A stretch of DNA of 64,000 bases from an uncultured Planctomycetaceae bacterium (GCA_963785305.1 CAWAUV010000005.1:64001-128000); one strand, 5' to 3'; counted from the first letter of the stretch, positions 10,203 to 20,992 are shown. A program made the numbers and translations. The notes: generated from the sequence alone by a model not told the origin.

Positions 10203-11351
10203 CTAGGGTGTCGTTTCGGCTGTCAGCAGCGTGGGCGGGCCGTGCGGCCGGGAGAGTGGCGTCGCGCCGTATTTGAAATGCGCGGCGCACGCCCCTTCGG
10301 ACGACACCATCAGCGCCCCGATCGGGTTGGACGGCGTGCATTCCTTGCCAAACAGTTTGCATTGATGTGGCTTGAGCACGCCCTTGAGCACTTCGCCGCA
10401 CTGGGCCGCCTTGGGATCGGCCACCGCCACGCCCCGGATCGGCATCGTTTGTTCCGCGTCCCAGGCGGCGAGCGCCGGTCGCACTCGCAGCGCCGATTGC
10501 GAAATGAATCCCAGCCCGCGCCACTCGAAATGCGGGCGGACTTCGAACACTTCGGCCAGCGCCTTGAGCGCCGCGCGATTGCCATCCCAGGGAACGACGC
10601 GGGCATATTGATTCTCGACCCGCGCTTGGCCCGCGCGAAGCTGCCGCAAGATCATCACCAGCGACTGCAGGATATCGGCCGGCTCGAACCCCGACACCAC
10701 GATCGGGCAGCCATAGTCGCGGGCAATGAACTCATAGGGACGGCAACCGATGACCGTCGACACATGGCCCGGCCCCACGAAGCCATCGAGCCGCATGTCG
10801 GGCGAATCGAGAATCGCGCGAATCGCCGGCAGAATCGTGACATGGTTCGAGAAGACCTTGAAGTTCATGACGCCCTCGGCCCGCGCTTGCAGCAACGTGA
10901 TCGCGGTGCTCGGCGCGGTGGTCTCGAAGCCGATGGCGAAGAACACGACCTCACGCTCCGGGTTTTGCTTGGCGATGCGCAGCGCGTCGAGCGGCGAATA
11001 CACGATGCGCACATCGGCCCCGCGGGCCTTGCTCTCGAGCGGGCTGCCTTGCGAGCCGGGCACGCGCATCATGTCGCCAAACGCGGTGAAGATCACTGTC
11101 GGGTCGTTGGCCAGCGCGAGCCCATCGTCGATGCGGCCCATCGGCAGCACGCACACTGGGCAACCGGGTCCGTGGATCAACTCCACATTGGGCGGCAGAA
11201 GTTCCTTGAGTCCAAACCGAAAGATGGCATGCGTGTGCCCGCCGCAGACTTCCATGATTCGATAATGCCGCTGGGGATCGGCCAGGGAGCGAATCTCATC
11301 GAGCGCGGTGCGCAGCAAGCGAGGATCGCGAAATTCATCGACATATCGCAT
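10203..11351 (-). CDS. hypD: Hydrogenase maturation factor HypD
   Basis: MRYVDEFRD start, MEVCGGHTH, GPGCPVCV, GFETTAP, PGHVS, GALMVSSEGACAA. Confidence 0.97.
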   Translation of the reverse strand: MRYVDEFRDPRLLRTALDEIRSLADPQRHYRIMEVCGGHTHAIFRFGLKELLPPNVELIHGPGCPVCVLPMGRIDDGLALANDPTVIFTAFGDMMRVPGSQGSPLESKARGADVRIVYSPLDALRIAKQNPEREVVFFAIGFETTAPSTAITLLQARAEGVMNFKVFSNHVTILPAIRAILDSPDMRLDGFVGPGHVSTVIGCRPYEFIARDYGCPIVVSGFEPADILQSLVMILRQLRAGQARVENQYARVVPWDGNRAALKALAEVFEVRPHFEWRGLGFISQSALRVRPALAAWDAEQTMPIRGVAVADPKAAQCGEVLKGVLKPHQCKLFGKECTPSNPIGALMVSSEGACAAHFKYGATPLSRPHGPPTLLTAETTP

Positions 11352-11425
11352 GGCGATCGGCCTCGGTAGGTTCGAGTACAATGTCCCTGTTCGAGGAGTC
11401 ACTAAACTACGAGTCGCCGGAAACA

Positions 11426-11704
11426 TCACGAGTCGCTGGAAAACCGGTAGCCGCTGGCTTCGTCGCTCGCTTCGGTGGCTTCGCCGAGTTCGGCGAGCAT
11501 CGCCAATTGCTCGGCCGCTTGGGTGGCGCTGATCTTGCTCATGGCAAAGCCCACATGCACGAGCACCCAATCGCCGAGGCGCGGCGGATCGTCGCACAGG
11601 AGCGCCATGTTCACGCGGCGGCGCACGCCCATGATGTCGACCATGGCAAGCTGCGTGGCGTCGTCGAACAGCTCGCTCACTTGAGCCGGTATCGCGAGAC
11701 ACAT
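11426..11704 (-). CDS. hypC: Hydrogenase chaperone HypC
   Basis: MCLAIP start; GDWVLVHVGFAM. Confidence 0.97.
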   Translation of the reverse strand: MCLAIPAQVSELFDDATQLAMVDIMGVRRRVNMALLCDDPPRLGDWVLVHVGFAMSKISATQAAEQLAMLAELGEATEASDEASGYRFSSDS

Positions 11705-12005
11705 GAGAAGAAACTTTCAACGAGTCGAACAATTGCAATGGGCGGACGAATGATATCCGACGAGCGGGGACGACGTTGAGCATCCCGGGCGCCATGCATC
11801 GCGTGAACCACCAATGCCGATTGTTCGGCGTAAACCGGCCGGCGTCAAGCAACCGGCAAGATCGCGTTGCGATATCGGCGTCGGCGGCGATTTTCTCGCC
11901 GCGCAAGGGATTCCCTATTTGGCGCCTTCGGAAGCTATTCGTGATGAATATTGGCGCTTCGAGATTGTGAATTTATTCCCGCGCTTCGAATGTCGAAGAA
12001 TTGAT

Positions 12006-12033
12006 TTGACTCACTTCGGGTAAAGCGTATGAT
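12006..12033 (+). promoter_or_regulatory. Putative sigma70 promoter for the hypA arm
   Basis: TTGACT-N16-TATGAT in the AT-richer hypC/hypA divergent intergenic region, 75 nt upstream of hypA. Confidence 0.45.
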
Positions 12034-12108
12034 GCGCACAACCGTACGCTCCACGCCCGGCGCCGGCTCGCCCAAGACTCTTACAACCGCCCCTGGAGCT
12101 GGCTCGTC

Positions 12109-12529
12109 ATGCACGAATTATCGATTGCGCAAAGCTTGATCGAAGCAGCTTGCGAAGCGGCAAATCGAGAAGCCCCCGCCAGTGGCGCCGCGGCGAGGCA
12201 CACCGCCGTTGGCGCCGATCTTCCCGGCGGTCTTTTAGTCACGCGAATCACGGTGCGAATCGGCGCTCTTTCGGGTGTCGTGGCGGAGGCCCTGCGGTTC
12301 TCATTCGAGTTGGCCGCCGAAGACACGCTCTGCGCCGGAGCGGCGCTCGAGATCGAGCATGTGCCCGCCCAGGGGCGCTGCGAGACGCTGCCAAGAACAG
12401 TTCACCCTCGACGATCGCTTTCATCGCGTTTGTCCCGATTGTGGATCCGTGGCCGTGGCGATTGTCGCCGGCCGGGAATTGGAACTCGTTTCGCTGGAGC
12501 TCGGGCGCCATGCAACCGCGGATTGTTGA
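12109..12529 (+). CDS. hypA: Nickel metallochaperone HypA (frameshift ~12385)
   Basis: MHELSIA start, IGALSGV..EAL.FSF, then in a second frame C....CPDCGS...GRELEL.SLE. Confidence 0.92.
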
Positions 12530-13278
12530 GCTGCGCACGAAAATCCTGAAGAAGAACGACGAGCTGGCCCGCTCGCTCCGCGCCGACTTCGCCGCCTGGG
12601 GCGTGCATGTGTCGAACGTCGTTTCCGGCCCGGGCGCCGGGAAGACGGAACTGCTTACCTCGACGCTGCGGCGCCTAGCCCAGTTTCGCCCGGCGGCGGT
12701 CGTGGGCGATCTTGCCACGGAAAACGACGCTAATCGGCTCGCCGCGAGCGGGGCGCCGGTCAAGCAGATTCTTACCGGCGCCATGTGCCACCTCGAGGCC
12801 GACATGGTGCGGGCCGCGATCTCGGATTGGGACCTCGCGGCGCATGATTATCTGTTTATCGAAAACGTCGGCAATCTGGTTTGCCCCTCGAGTTGGGACC
12901 TGGGCGAAGATATCCGGGTGCTGCTGATGGCGGTGACCGAAGGCGAAGACAAGCCGCTCAAGTACCCGACGCTCATCAATTCCTGCGACGTCGTGATTCT
13001 CAGCAAAATGGACTTGGCCGCGGCCGTGGGATTCGATCTGCCGCTGGCGCTCGCGAACATCGAGCGCATGCGGCCGGGAATCGCGGTGCTGCAAGTCTGC
13101 GCGCACCGGCCAGGGAATGGAAGCTTGGATCGAACTGCTCAAGAAGCGCCGCGAGGAAAAGCTCGGTTCACCGAGATCGGGCAAACCGGCGCCAGCGCCA
13201 AGTCCGCGCGATTCGCGCCGAAACGATTCGCTCAAAAATGATTCGCGTCGGAACGATTCGTGGCTGACGCGCGCCTAA
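12510..13278 (+). CDS. hypB: Nickel-insertion GTPase HypB (frameshift ~13100)
   Basis: GPGAGKT, GDLATENDA, CHLEA, IENVGNLVCP, EGEDKPLKYP, KMDL. The corrected tail (ARTGQGMEAW...) stops at 13278. Confidence 0.93.
13210..13260 (+). repeat. 15-bp tandem repeat (~3.4 copies) in the hypB 3' end
   Basis: GATTCG recurs at 13210, 13225, 13240 and 13255; encodes DSRRN-DSLKN-DSRRN-DS. Confidence 0.7.
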
Positions 13279-13352
13279 TCTCGAAGTCCGATACGACGAA
13301 CACCGATAGCCGACGGAACAGACAACAAACGCCCTTGCGATTGGAAAACGTG

Positions 13353-13368
13353 TGGCAGCGAAATTGCT
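13353..13368 (+). promoter_or_regulatory. Putative sigma54 (-24/-12) promoter upstream of nikMN
   Basis: TGGCAG-CGAAA-TTGCT: one mismatch to TGGCAC-N5-TTGCW, correct GG-N10-GC spacing, 65 nt before ATG 13434. Confidence 0.55.
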
Positions 13369-13433
13369 GGCATTCGCCATGGCGCGGATTGGCCGAGCAG
13401 GTTTGCCGCCGCCTTGTTGAAAGGAACTTTGGC

Positions 13434-14600
13434 ATGCATTTGGGAAATGGAGCCATCACGGCGGAATGTGGGGTTGTCGCATTGGGGGTCGCGGCCGCGG
13501 GAGCGGGAGCGGCTTGGCTCGCGACACGTTCGCTGGCGCCAGATCGAATGCGCGCGCTCGGCGCCGCCGCCCTTGGCGCCACGATATTCGCCGCCCAACT
13601 TTTCAATGTGCAGATTTTGCCGTTCAGTTCCGCGCACCTCGTGGGCGGCGTGTTGCTCGCTTGGCTCTTGGGGCCGGCAATCGGGATCCTGGCCATGGCC
13701 GCGATTCTGGCCACGCAAGCCGTGCTCTTGGGCGATGGTGGACTCCTGGCCCTGGGCGTGAATCTCTTGAATATGGGCATCCTGCCGGCCTTCGGCGTGT
13801 GGCTGCTGCGCCGATCCTCGGCGAAGTCGCGCCGCGAGGCGGCGAGCGATCGCCCGGCCGCCCTGACCCTGAAAACAGCCTTCGCGCTCGGCGCCACCGC
13901 CTTCGTTTGCACGCTCGCGGGCGCCGCGGCGATCGTGGGCGAAGTGGCGATCGGCCGCTCCGGCGCCGAGCTGGCCGGCTGGAGCCAATTCGCCATGGCC
14001 ATGCTCGCGAGTCATGCGGTGGCTGGTTTGCTGGAAGCCACATTGACCGTTGCATTGGCAGCGGTCTTGGCGCAAGCCGCCGTTCGCGGCGCCGAAAAGA
14101 ACGAGCTCGCTTGGCGGTTGAGCCCGCGCATGGCGGGCGGTTTGCTGGCCGTAAGTCTCGTGGTCGCGCTGTTGAGTCTGCCGACCGTCGGCTTGGCGAG
14201 CGCCGAGCCCGACGGTTACGAATCCGCGCTCGTGCAAGTCACGAGCGCCGGCGGCGCGCTCGGGCGAATTGAAAGCGATCGCGAACTGAAGGGGCTGGCG
14301 GCGATGGCCGAATCATGGCAACAGAATACCCAATCCTGTGAAGCACGCCTCTTGTCGCACATGTTGGCCCCACGGGCGATCCTATGTGGACTCGCGACGC
14401 TCGTGGCCGCGACGTTCGTCGGTTCGCTCTCGCGCCTCCGGCCGCCGCCCGGTCGCGAGCCAACATCTCAAGAGCCAACAAACCGCGACCGACGCGGCCT
14501 CCTCGGAGTTGGCCTCGATCAAATAGCGGAAACATTCTTCAAGAAGATGGGGCTCAGCTCTTCGTCGCCGCCCGAAGACAAGAAAGTGTCTTTGGCATGA
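13434..14600 (+). CDS. ECF-type Ni/Co S-component, CbiM/NikM fused to a NikN/PDGLE-like region
   Basis: N-terminal metal-binding MHLGNG, IFAAQ.FN, SSAHL.GG.L...LLGP, QA..LGDGGLLALG.N..NM, later AS..PDGYE. AAGGA RBS. Confidence 0.85.
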   Translation: MHLGNGAITAECGVVALGVAAAGAGAAWLATRSLAPDRMRALGAAALGATIFAAQLFNVQILPFSSAHLVGGVLLAWLLGPAIGILAMAAILATQAVLLGDGGLLALGVNLLNMGILPAFGVWLLRRSSAKSRREAASDRPAALTLKTAFALGATAFVCTLAGAAAIVGEVAIGRSGAELAGWSQFAMAMLASHAVAGLLEATLTVALAAVLAQAAVRGAEKNELAWRLSPRMAGGLLAVSLVVALLSLPTVGLASAEPDGYESALVQVTSAGGALGRIESDRELKGLAAMAESWQQNTQSCEARLLSHMLAPRAILCGLATLVAATFVGSLSRLRPPPGREPTSQEPTNRDRRGLLGVGLDQIAETFFKKMGLSSSSPPEDKKVSLA

Positions 14601-14762
14601 TTGGCATAAAACTCGCGGCCGCGTTTACGAAATCGCGACCCGTCAACTCCCGGGGAATTCACTCCGCCGACATTCATACCGACAACGGCAGTCGAATGTG
14701 ACACGAGGATCGTCGGCGCCATGAAGCATTTCAGGCCACCTTAACACGAGCGAGGTCGAGCC

Positions 14763-15828
14763 ATGATCGAAGCAGCCGCGCCCCACGGACGCAAGACGCA
14801 ACGCGAGCCCGCCGTGAAGGAAATCCATATTCTATGGATAACCGCCGGCCTGGGGTGCGATGGCGATTCGGTGTCGATCACCGCCGCCACGCAGCCAAGC
14901 ATCGAGGATGTGGTGATGGGCGCGATTCCGGGTTTGCCGAAAGTGCATCTGCACAACCCGGTGTTGGCCTATGAAGTGGGCGACGACTTCATGAAGCCCT
15001 GGTATCTGGCCGAGAAAGGGCAGCTCGACCCGTTCGTGCTCGTGGTCGAAGGATCGATCCCCAACGAAAAAATCAAGAAGGAAGGCTACTGGGCCGCGCT
15101 GGGCACGACCGCCGAAACCGGCCAGCCGATCACTACCTGCGAATGGATCGATCGGCTCGCGCCCAAGGCGCTCGCCATCGTGGCGGCGGGCACTTGCGCC
15201 ACCTTTGGCGGCATCCACGCAATGCAAGGCAACCCGACCGGCGCCATGGGGTTGGCCGATTATCTGGGCTGGCAATGGAAGTCGAAGGCCGGCTTGCCGA
15301 TCGTGAACGTGCCCGGTTGCCCGGTGCAGCCCGACAACTTCATGGAGACGCTGCTCTACTTGCTCTATCAAGTGGCTGGCCTCGCGCCGATGATTCCGCT
15401 CGACGAGCAGTTGCGGCCCAAGTGGCTCTTCGGCAAGACGGTCCACGAGGGCTGCGATCGGGCCGGGTACTACGAGCAAGGCGACTTCGCCGATCACTAC
15501 GGCTCGCCCAAGTGCATCGTCAAGCTGGGCTGCTGGGGGCCGGTGGTGAATTGCAATGTGCCGAAGCGCGGCTGGATGGCGGGCATCGGCGGGTGTCCCA
15601 ACGTGGGAGGCATTTGCATCGGCTGCACGATGCCCGGCTTTCCCGACAAGTTCATGCCGTTCATGGACGAACCGCCCGGCGGACGACTTTCGTCGACCAT
15701 CGTGCAGGTCTATGGCCTCGCTGATTCGTTCGCTCCGCTCGATCACGAACAACACCTTGAACAAAGAGCCGAAGTGGCGCCACTCAGGCCGCGAGCTCAC
15801 GACCGGTTATCGCCCCACGTCGTATTGA
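14763..15828 (+). CDS. hhyS: Group 1h [NiFe]-hydrogenase small subunit (frameshift ~15720)
   Basis: ILWITAGLGCDGDS (Asp replaces a proximal Cys, typical of 1h), GTCAT.GG, PGCP, HEGCDR, LGCWGP, GGCPNVGGICIGC; no Tat signal. Tail IRSLRSIT...KEPKWR...TTGY lies in another frame ending 15828. Confidence 0.93.
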
Positions 15829-15923
15829 AGTTCCGCTCATTGAAATTCCGCGTTCGCCCGGAATCGCGATATCCTCCCACTCCGATCCACGAGCCGTTCC
15901 TTTTCGACGAGGAGACCCCAACC

Positions 15924-17719
15924 GTGGCCACGATCACTCAACCTCGGCAATCTGGTTCCGGCGGTTCCTCGAATCTCGTGGAGATGCACTGGGACCCGAT
16001 AACCCGAATCGTGGGCAGCCTGGGTATATACACGAAGATCGACTTCGCGAATCGCACCGTGGCCGAGTGCCATAGCACCTCGTCGATCTTTCGCGGCTAT
16101 AGCATCTTCATGAAGGGCAAGGACCCGCGCGATGCGCACTTCATCACCAGCCGCATTTGCGGCATTTGCGGCGACAACCACGCAACGTGCGCCTGCTATG
16201 CCCAGAACATGGCATTTGGAATTCGTCCGCCCGCCATGGCCGAGTGGATCGTGAACTTGGGCGAAGCGGCCGAATACATGTTCGACCACAACATCTTTCA
16301 AGATAATTTGGTCGGAGTCGACTTCTGCGAGCAGATGGTCAAGGAGACGAACCCGGGCGTGCTCAGCAAGGCGGAAAACACGCCGGCGCCGCATGCCGAC
16401 CTGCATGGTTACAAGACCATCGCCGACATCATGCGGGCGCTCAATCCGTTCAGCGGCGCATTCTACCGCGAGACGCTGCATGTGAGCCGCTACACGCGAG
16501 AGATGTTTTGCCTGATGGAAGGGCGGCATGTGCATCCCTCGACGCTCTATCCTGGCGGCGTGGGGACCGTGCCCACGGTGCAACTTGTCACCGATTATCT
16601 CACCCGGCTGATACGCTATGTCGAGTTCATGAAGCGTTGGCTGCCGCTGCACGAAGACCTGTTCGATTTCTGGTACGAAGCCCTACCCGGCTACGAGGAA
16701 GTGGGCCGCCGCCGCATTTTGCTCGGCTGCTGGGGCTCTTTCCAAGACCCATCGGTCTGCGACTACACCTACAAGAACATGAACGCCTGGGGCAACGCGA
16801 TGTATGTCACGCCGGGCGTGGTGGTCGATGGCGAGCTCGTGACCACGAATCTCGTCGACATCAATCTGGGCATTCGCATTCTGCTCGGTAGTTCCTTCTA
16901 CGATAGTTGGGAACAAGGCGAGATGTTCGTCAAGCACGATCCGCTCGGCAATCCGGTCGACCGGAACCATCCCTGGAACCAAACCACGACGCCGCGTCCG
17001 CAAAAGCGAGACTTCGCCGGCAAATACAGTTGGGTCATGTCGCCGCGCTGGTATGATCAGCGCACCGGCGATCACCTGGCGCTCGACACCGGCGGCGGCC
17101 CGATCGCCCGCTTCTGGGCCACGGCGCTCGCCGGCAAAGTCGACACCGGCTATGTGAAAGCCACCGGCCACAGCGTGAAGATTTATCTACCCAAGACCGC
17201 GATGCTGCCCGAAGTGGAGTTCGAGTGGAAGATTCCGCGGTGGAGCAATGCAATCGAACGCGATCGGGCCCGCACCTATTTTCAAGCCTACGCCGCGGCC
17301 CAGGCGATCTACTTTTGCGAGCAAGCGCTCAAGGAACTGCATGCCGGCCGCACGAGCACCTGGACCGAATTCAACGTGCCCGACGAAGGCATCGGCTGCG
17401 GATTTCACGAGGCGGTGCGCGGGTGCTTTCGCATCATGTGGTCATTCGCAATGGCAAGATCGCGAACTACCACCCTTATCCGCCCACGCCGTGGAACGCC
17501 AATCCGCGCGACATTTACGGCACTCCCGGCCCCTACGAAGACGCGGTGCAAAACACGCCGATCTTCGAGGAAAACGGCCCCGACAATTTCAAGGGCATCG
17601 ACATCATGTGCGCCGTGCGCAGTTTCGATCCCTGCTTGCCCTGCGGTGTTCACATGTACTTGGGCAACGGCAAAACGCTCGAAACCCATCATTCGCCGAT
17701 GTTCGGAGCGCATGGCTAA
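15924..17719 (+). CDS. hhyL: Group 1h [NiFe]-hydrogenase large subunit (frameshift ~17428)
   Basis: GAGGAG RBS and GTG start; WDPITRIVGSL, L1 TSRICGICGDNH, HEAVRG/VLSHH, YPPTPWN, L2 SFDPCLPCGVH followed by a cleavable C-terminal extension. Confidence 0.95.
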
Positions 17720-17817
17720 GGGCCGCGAGCCGCGCTCGCGCGGAGTTTATCTCTCGCAGGGGCGCGGCGCGGGTCCGGCATTATTCGTGTCTTCCAACCC
17801 ATGAGAAAGCAGCGCCC

Positions 17818-18381
17818 ATGATGTCCGACCCGGCTAATTCCCAAGAAAAGCTCCAGCGGATCGACCTGATCATTCAAGAAATCGAAGCGAGCGGCGATCC
17901 GCGCCTGCGCGCCTGCGCCGTGGAATTGACTTCGTTGCTCATGGAGATTCATGGCGCCGGCCTGGCCAAGATCGTCGAAGCGCTTCGCGAATCGGGTCCC
18001 CCGGGCGAGGCGCTCGTCGAGCAATTCACCCGGGAACCGATGATCGCCGGCCTGCTGCTGCTTTATGGCTTGCATCCCACGCCGCTCTCGGTGCGCGTCC
18101 AGCAAGCGCTCGACAAGGTTCGCCCGCTCATGCGCTCGCATGGCGGCGAGGTCACGCTGCTCGAAGTGAGCGAAGAGCGAGTGCGACTGCGGCTCGAGGG
18201 CGCCTGCCACGGCTGCCCCTCCTCGCGGCAAACGATGCACAATGCGATCGAGCAAGCAATGCACGAATTTGCACCCGATATCGCCGAGCTCCATGTCGAG
18301 GGTGTGACGGCGCCGGATTCCGACTCTAAGCCCGCGGCGGGTTTTGTTTCATGGGAGCAGCTAGTCGGCGGACATGCCTAG
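17818..18381 (+). CDS. NifU-domain Fe-S protein (HhyE-like hydrogenase accessory)
   Basis: LLLLYGLHP, VRP..SHGG.V, L.GACHGCPSS..T motif; directly follows hhyL. Confidence 0.85.
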   Translation: MMSDPANSQEKLQRIDLIIQEIEASGDPRLRACAVELTSLLMEIHGAGLAKIVEALRESGPPGEALVEQFTREPMIAGLLLLYGLHPTPLSVRVQQALDKVRPLMRSHGGEVTLLEVSEERVRLRLEGACHGCPSSRQTMHNAIEQAMHEFAPDIAELHVEGVTAPDSDSKPAAGFVSWEQLVGGHA

Positions 18382-18443
18382 AATCTCGCGATCATCCCCC
18401 GTGTTTCGTTGAGCCGTGCCTCGTCCTCCGGAAATCCAGCGCC

Positions 18444-19139
18444 GTGAATGAACCCCCGCCATCGACCGAGCCTCGCCCTCCCGCCTCGCGTCCGCCGCTG
18501 GCCGGCTTGCGCGGAATCATGCGTCGCCAGAGCGAAGCGAAGCCGCGCGAGCACTGCGATCTTTGCGGCGCGGGTCTCGCCGAGGAACATCGGCATTCGT
18601 TCGAAAGTCATGAGCGGCGACTCATGTGCGCTTGCGATGCTTGCGCCGTTGTTCGAAAGCAAGGCCGATGGTTCGATTCGCTGCATGCCGCGCGATAGCT
18701 TTCGCCTCGCAGATTTCGAACTTACCGACGCCCAGTGGGAGGAATTGCTGATTCCGATCAACATGGCGTTTTTTCAGCGCCTGCGCCGCCGAGGAGCATG
18801 TCACGGCGATCTATCCCAGCCCGGCCGGCCCAATGGAATCGCTCTTGCCGCTCGACGCTTGGCAAACGATCGAGTCGCGAAATCCCCTGCTCGTCGGCTT
18901 GCGACCCGACACCGAAGTCGCTCTTGGTCAATCGCCTCGGACATGCCCGCGACTTCGCGGCCCATGGCTATTATCTCGTGCCGCTGTCGACTGCTTTTGA
19001 ACTGGTGGGCTTGGTGCGCTACCACTGGCGCGGGCTCTCGGGCGGAAGCGACGTGTGGCGGGAAATCTCGCGGTTCTTCGCGAACCTCGATCGCCGCGCC
19101 ATCGTGCGCCCCCCGCGAGGCGCGCCATGCCGGATTTGA
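18444..19139 (+). CDS. Group 1h hydrogenase accessory protein (DUF5947-like), multiple frameshifts
   Basis: CDLC...H.H...CACDAC, W..L.IP..MAFF, YPSPAGP.ES, FELVGLVR.HWRGLSGG..VW, spread over three frames. Confidence 0.8.
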
Positions 19140-19798
19140 ACTTCAATGTGGTCGATGCCCAGGCCGACGCCGACGCCGCGGCGCCGCTGCTTGCCTTCGC
19201 GCTCCGCGTGACCAACAGTCGGCCGCGGGAACCGGTGCAAAGCATCGCGCTGCGAGCTCAGATTCGCATCGATTCGACCCGGCGCCGCTACTCGCCCGAG
19301 GAGCAGGCCCGGCTGGTCGATCTGTTCGGCGAGCCCGACCGCTGGAGCCGCACTCTCGGCAGCCTGCTCTGGACACATGCCCAAACAACCGTGCCCACAT
19401 TCGACGACGAGATCGTTGTGTCGCTGCCGGTCCCCTCTACATTCGATTTCAACGTGGCGGCGACCAAGTATTTCCACGGCCTTGCCGAGGGCGAGATTCC
19501 GCTTACGCTGCATTTCAGCGGGGCGGTGTTTTATCACGAGCCCGATGGCCGCTTGCAGGTTTCGCAAATTCCCTGGGATAAGGAAGCCAGCTATCGGTTG
19601 CCGGTCGCGGCGTGGCGCGAGATGATCGATCGCCATTATCCCGCGAGCGCCTGGCTGCGGCTGGGGCGAGACGCTTTCGACCGGTTGCTCGACTTCAAAT
19701 GTCGCTCCGGCATTCCCACTTGGGAGGCCGCGGTCGAGCGCTTGCTCGACGCCGCCGCGCGGCAATCGACGGCTCTGGAATCATTCACCGATCACTGA
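19127..19798 (+). CDS. Group 1h hydrogenase accessory protein (DUF6084-like)
   Basis: MPDLNF.V, QIRI...RRRY, DLFGEP.RW..TL..LLW, FDFNVAATKYFHGL..GEIPL, W..EA.YRLPV..W. Confidence 0.85.
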   Translation: MPDLNFNVVDAQADADAAAPLLAFALRVTNSRPREPVQSIALRAQIRIDSTRRRYSPEEQARLVDLFGEPDRWSRTLGSLLWTHAQTTVPTFDDEIVVSLPVPSTFDFNVAATKYFHGLAEGEIPLTLHFSGAVFYHEPDGRLQVSQIPWDKEASYRLPVAAWREMIDRHYPASAWLRLGRDAFDRLLDFKCRSGIPTWEAAVERLLDAAARQSTALESFTDH

Positions 19799-19835
19799 GG
19801 GCCGCCCCGCGCGAGGGCAGCGGAGAATTATTGCC

Positions 19836-20992
19836 ATGGACCCGATTCAAAGTGGTGATCGAGCCCGCGAAAAAATCGCGGCAAAGAGCGACGTCGATAA
19901 AATCGCCGACGCCGTGCTCTACGAGGGCTATATTCTCTATCCCTACCGGCCCACGGCGGTCAAGAATCAGCAGCGCTTCAATTTCGGCGTGCTTGCCCCG
20001 CGCGCTGGCGACGGCCGCGTGCCCGGGGCCGAGGTTTCGCGGATGCGGATCGAATGCCTGGTTCGCTCCGCGGGCAGCGGATGTCGCGTGAGCGTTCGAG
20101 CGAGGTTTCTCCAACTCGTGTCGCGCCAGATTCGGCAACGTGTTTCCCTCGCCGACGGCGCCGAACCCCAGGTGGCCGATCAACCCTGGGCCGATGCTGG
20201 CGAGAGCGATGAATCTTGCGCGACGTGCCCATGCTCGAAGTCGAGGGCCGAGTGCATTCCACTTGGCAAGAAGCGGCCGAACGCGAGGTGATGGTGCGCG
20301 ACATCGACGTGGCCGCCGCAGCGGTAGCTCCGACGAAGCAAGCGTTCGCCTGGGCGCCCAGCGCCACGCTCGAAAGCCTGCAAACCACCGCGGGCCATGT
20401 GGTCGGCCAAGTCGTGCGCCATCAAGAAGCGATCGCCGCCGAGATCGAAATCACGGCGACTCGCTTGGACGGCGATCTGTATCGGGTGCGGGCGACAATT
20501 GAAAACAGGTCCGAAAACACTTCGCCGGCCGGCGACGAGACTGCTTCCGCGGCCCGCGACATGTCACTGGCCCGGTCGATGGTGTCGACCCACGCGGTTC
20601 TCGAGCTGGCTGGCGGCGAATTCATTTCGTTGCTCGAGCCGCCCGACGATTGTCGTCAACTGGCGGCCGAGTGCCAGAACATCGGCGCGTGGCCGGTCAT
20701 GGCGGGCGACTCCGCCAAGCGCGACACGATGCTCGCCTCGCCGATCATTTTGTACGATTATCCCCAGATCGCTCCGGAGAGCGGCGGCGATTTTTGCGAT
20801 GGCGCCGAGATCGACGAAATGCTCGCCCTGCGCATCATGACCCTCACCGACGAGGAAAAACGCCAGATGCGCGATGTCGACGATCGGGCACGGGCAATCC
20901 TCGAGCGCACCGAGCTCATGCCTTCTGAACAATTCCACAAGCTACATGGCGCCATTCGCGGCCTGCGGCCCGCTTCGGAGTCGACTTCATGA
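19836..20992 (+). CDS. Conserved group 1h hydrogenase-cluster hypothetical protein (frameshift ~20215)
   Basis: IADAVLYEGYILYPYR...KNQ.RF.FGVL, RFLQL, SPIILYDYPQIAPES.GD..D..EIDE.L.LRIMTLTDEEK. Confidence 0.82.

Noticed and set aside
11352..11906. Long N-terminal extension of HypD (567-aa ORF), and similar extensions on the NifU, PEP-CTERM and sialidase ORFs
   Set aside because: They overlap real genes in other frames; stop-free run-ons are common at high GC, and canonical starts lie downstream.
11966..11981. CRP/FNR-like site TGTGA-N6-TCCCG in the hypC/hypA intergenic region
   Set aside because: Only one good half-site; could easily occur by chance.
13280..13433. Ni/Co or cobalamin riboswitch controlling the CbiM/NikM gene
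   Set aside because: No riboswitch consensus visible in this leader; the B12 switch lies 9 kb downstream and acts in cis on DUF1559.
17605..17615. Extra Cys before the HhyL L2 motif (DIMCAVRSF versus usual DIMRAVRSF)
   Set aside because: A single TGC/CGC difference in error-prone sequence; not interpretable without reads.
14763..17804. 1013-aa ORF suggesting a small-large hydrogenase subunit fusion
   Set aside because: The conserved HhyS tail is in another frame and stops at 15828, and hhyL has its own GAGGAG RBS and GTG; the fusion results from an indel near 15720.
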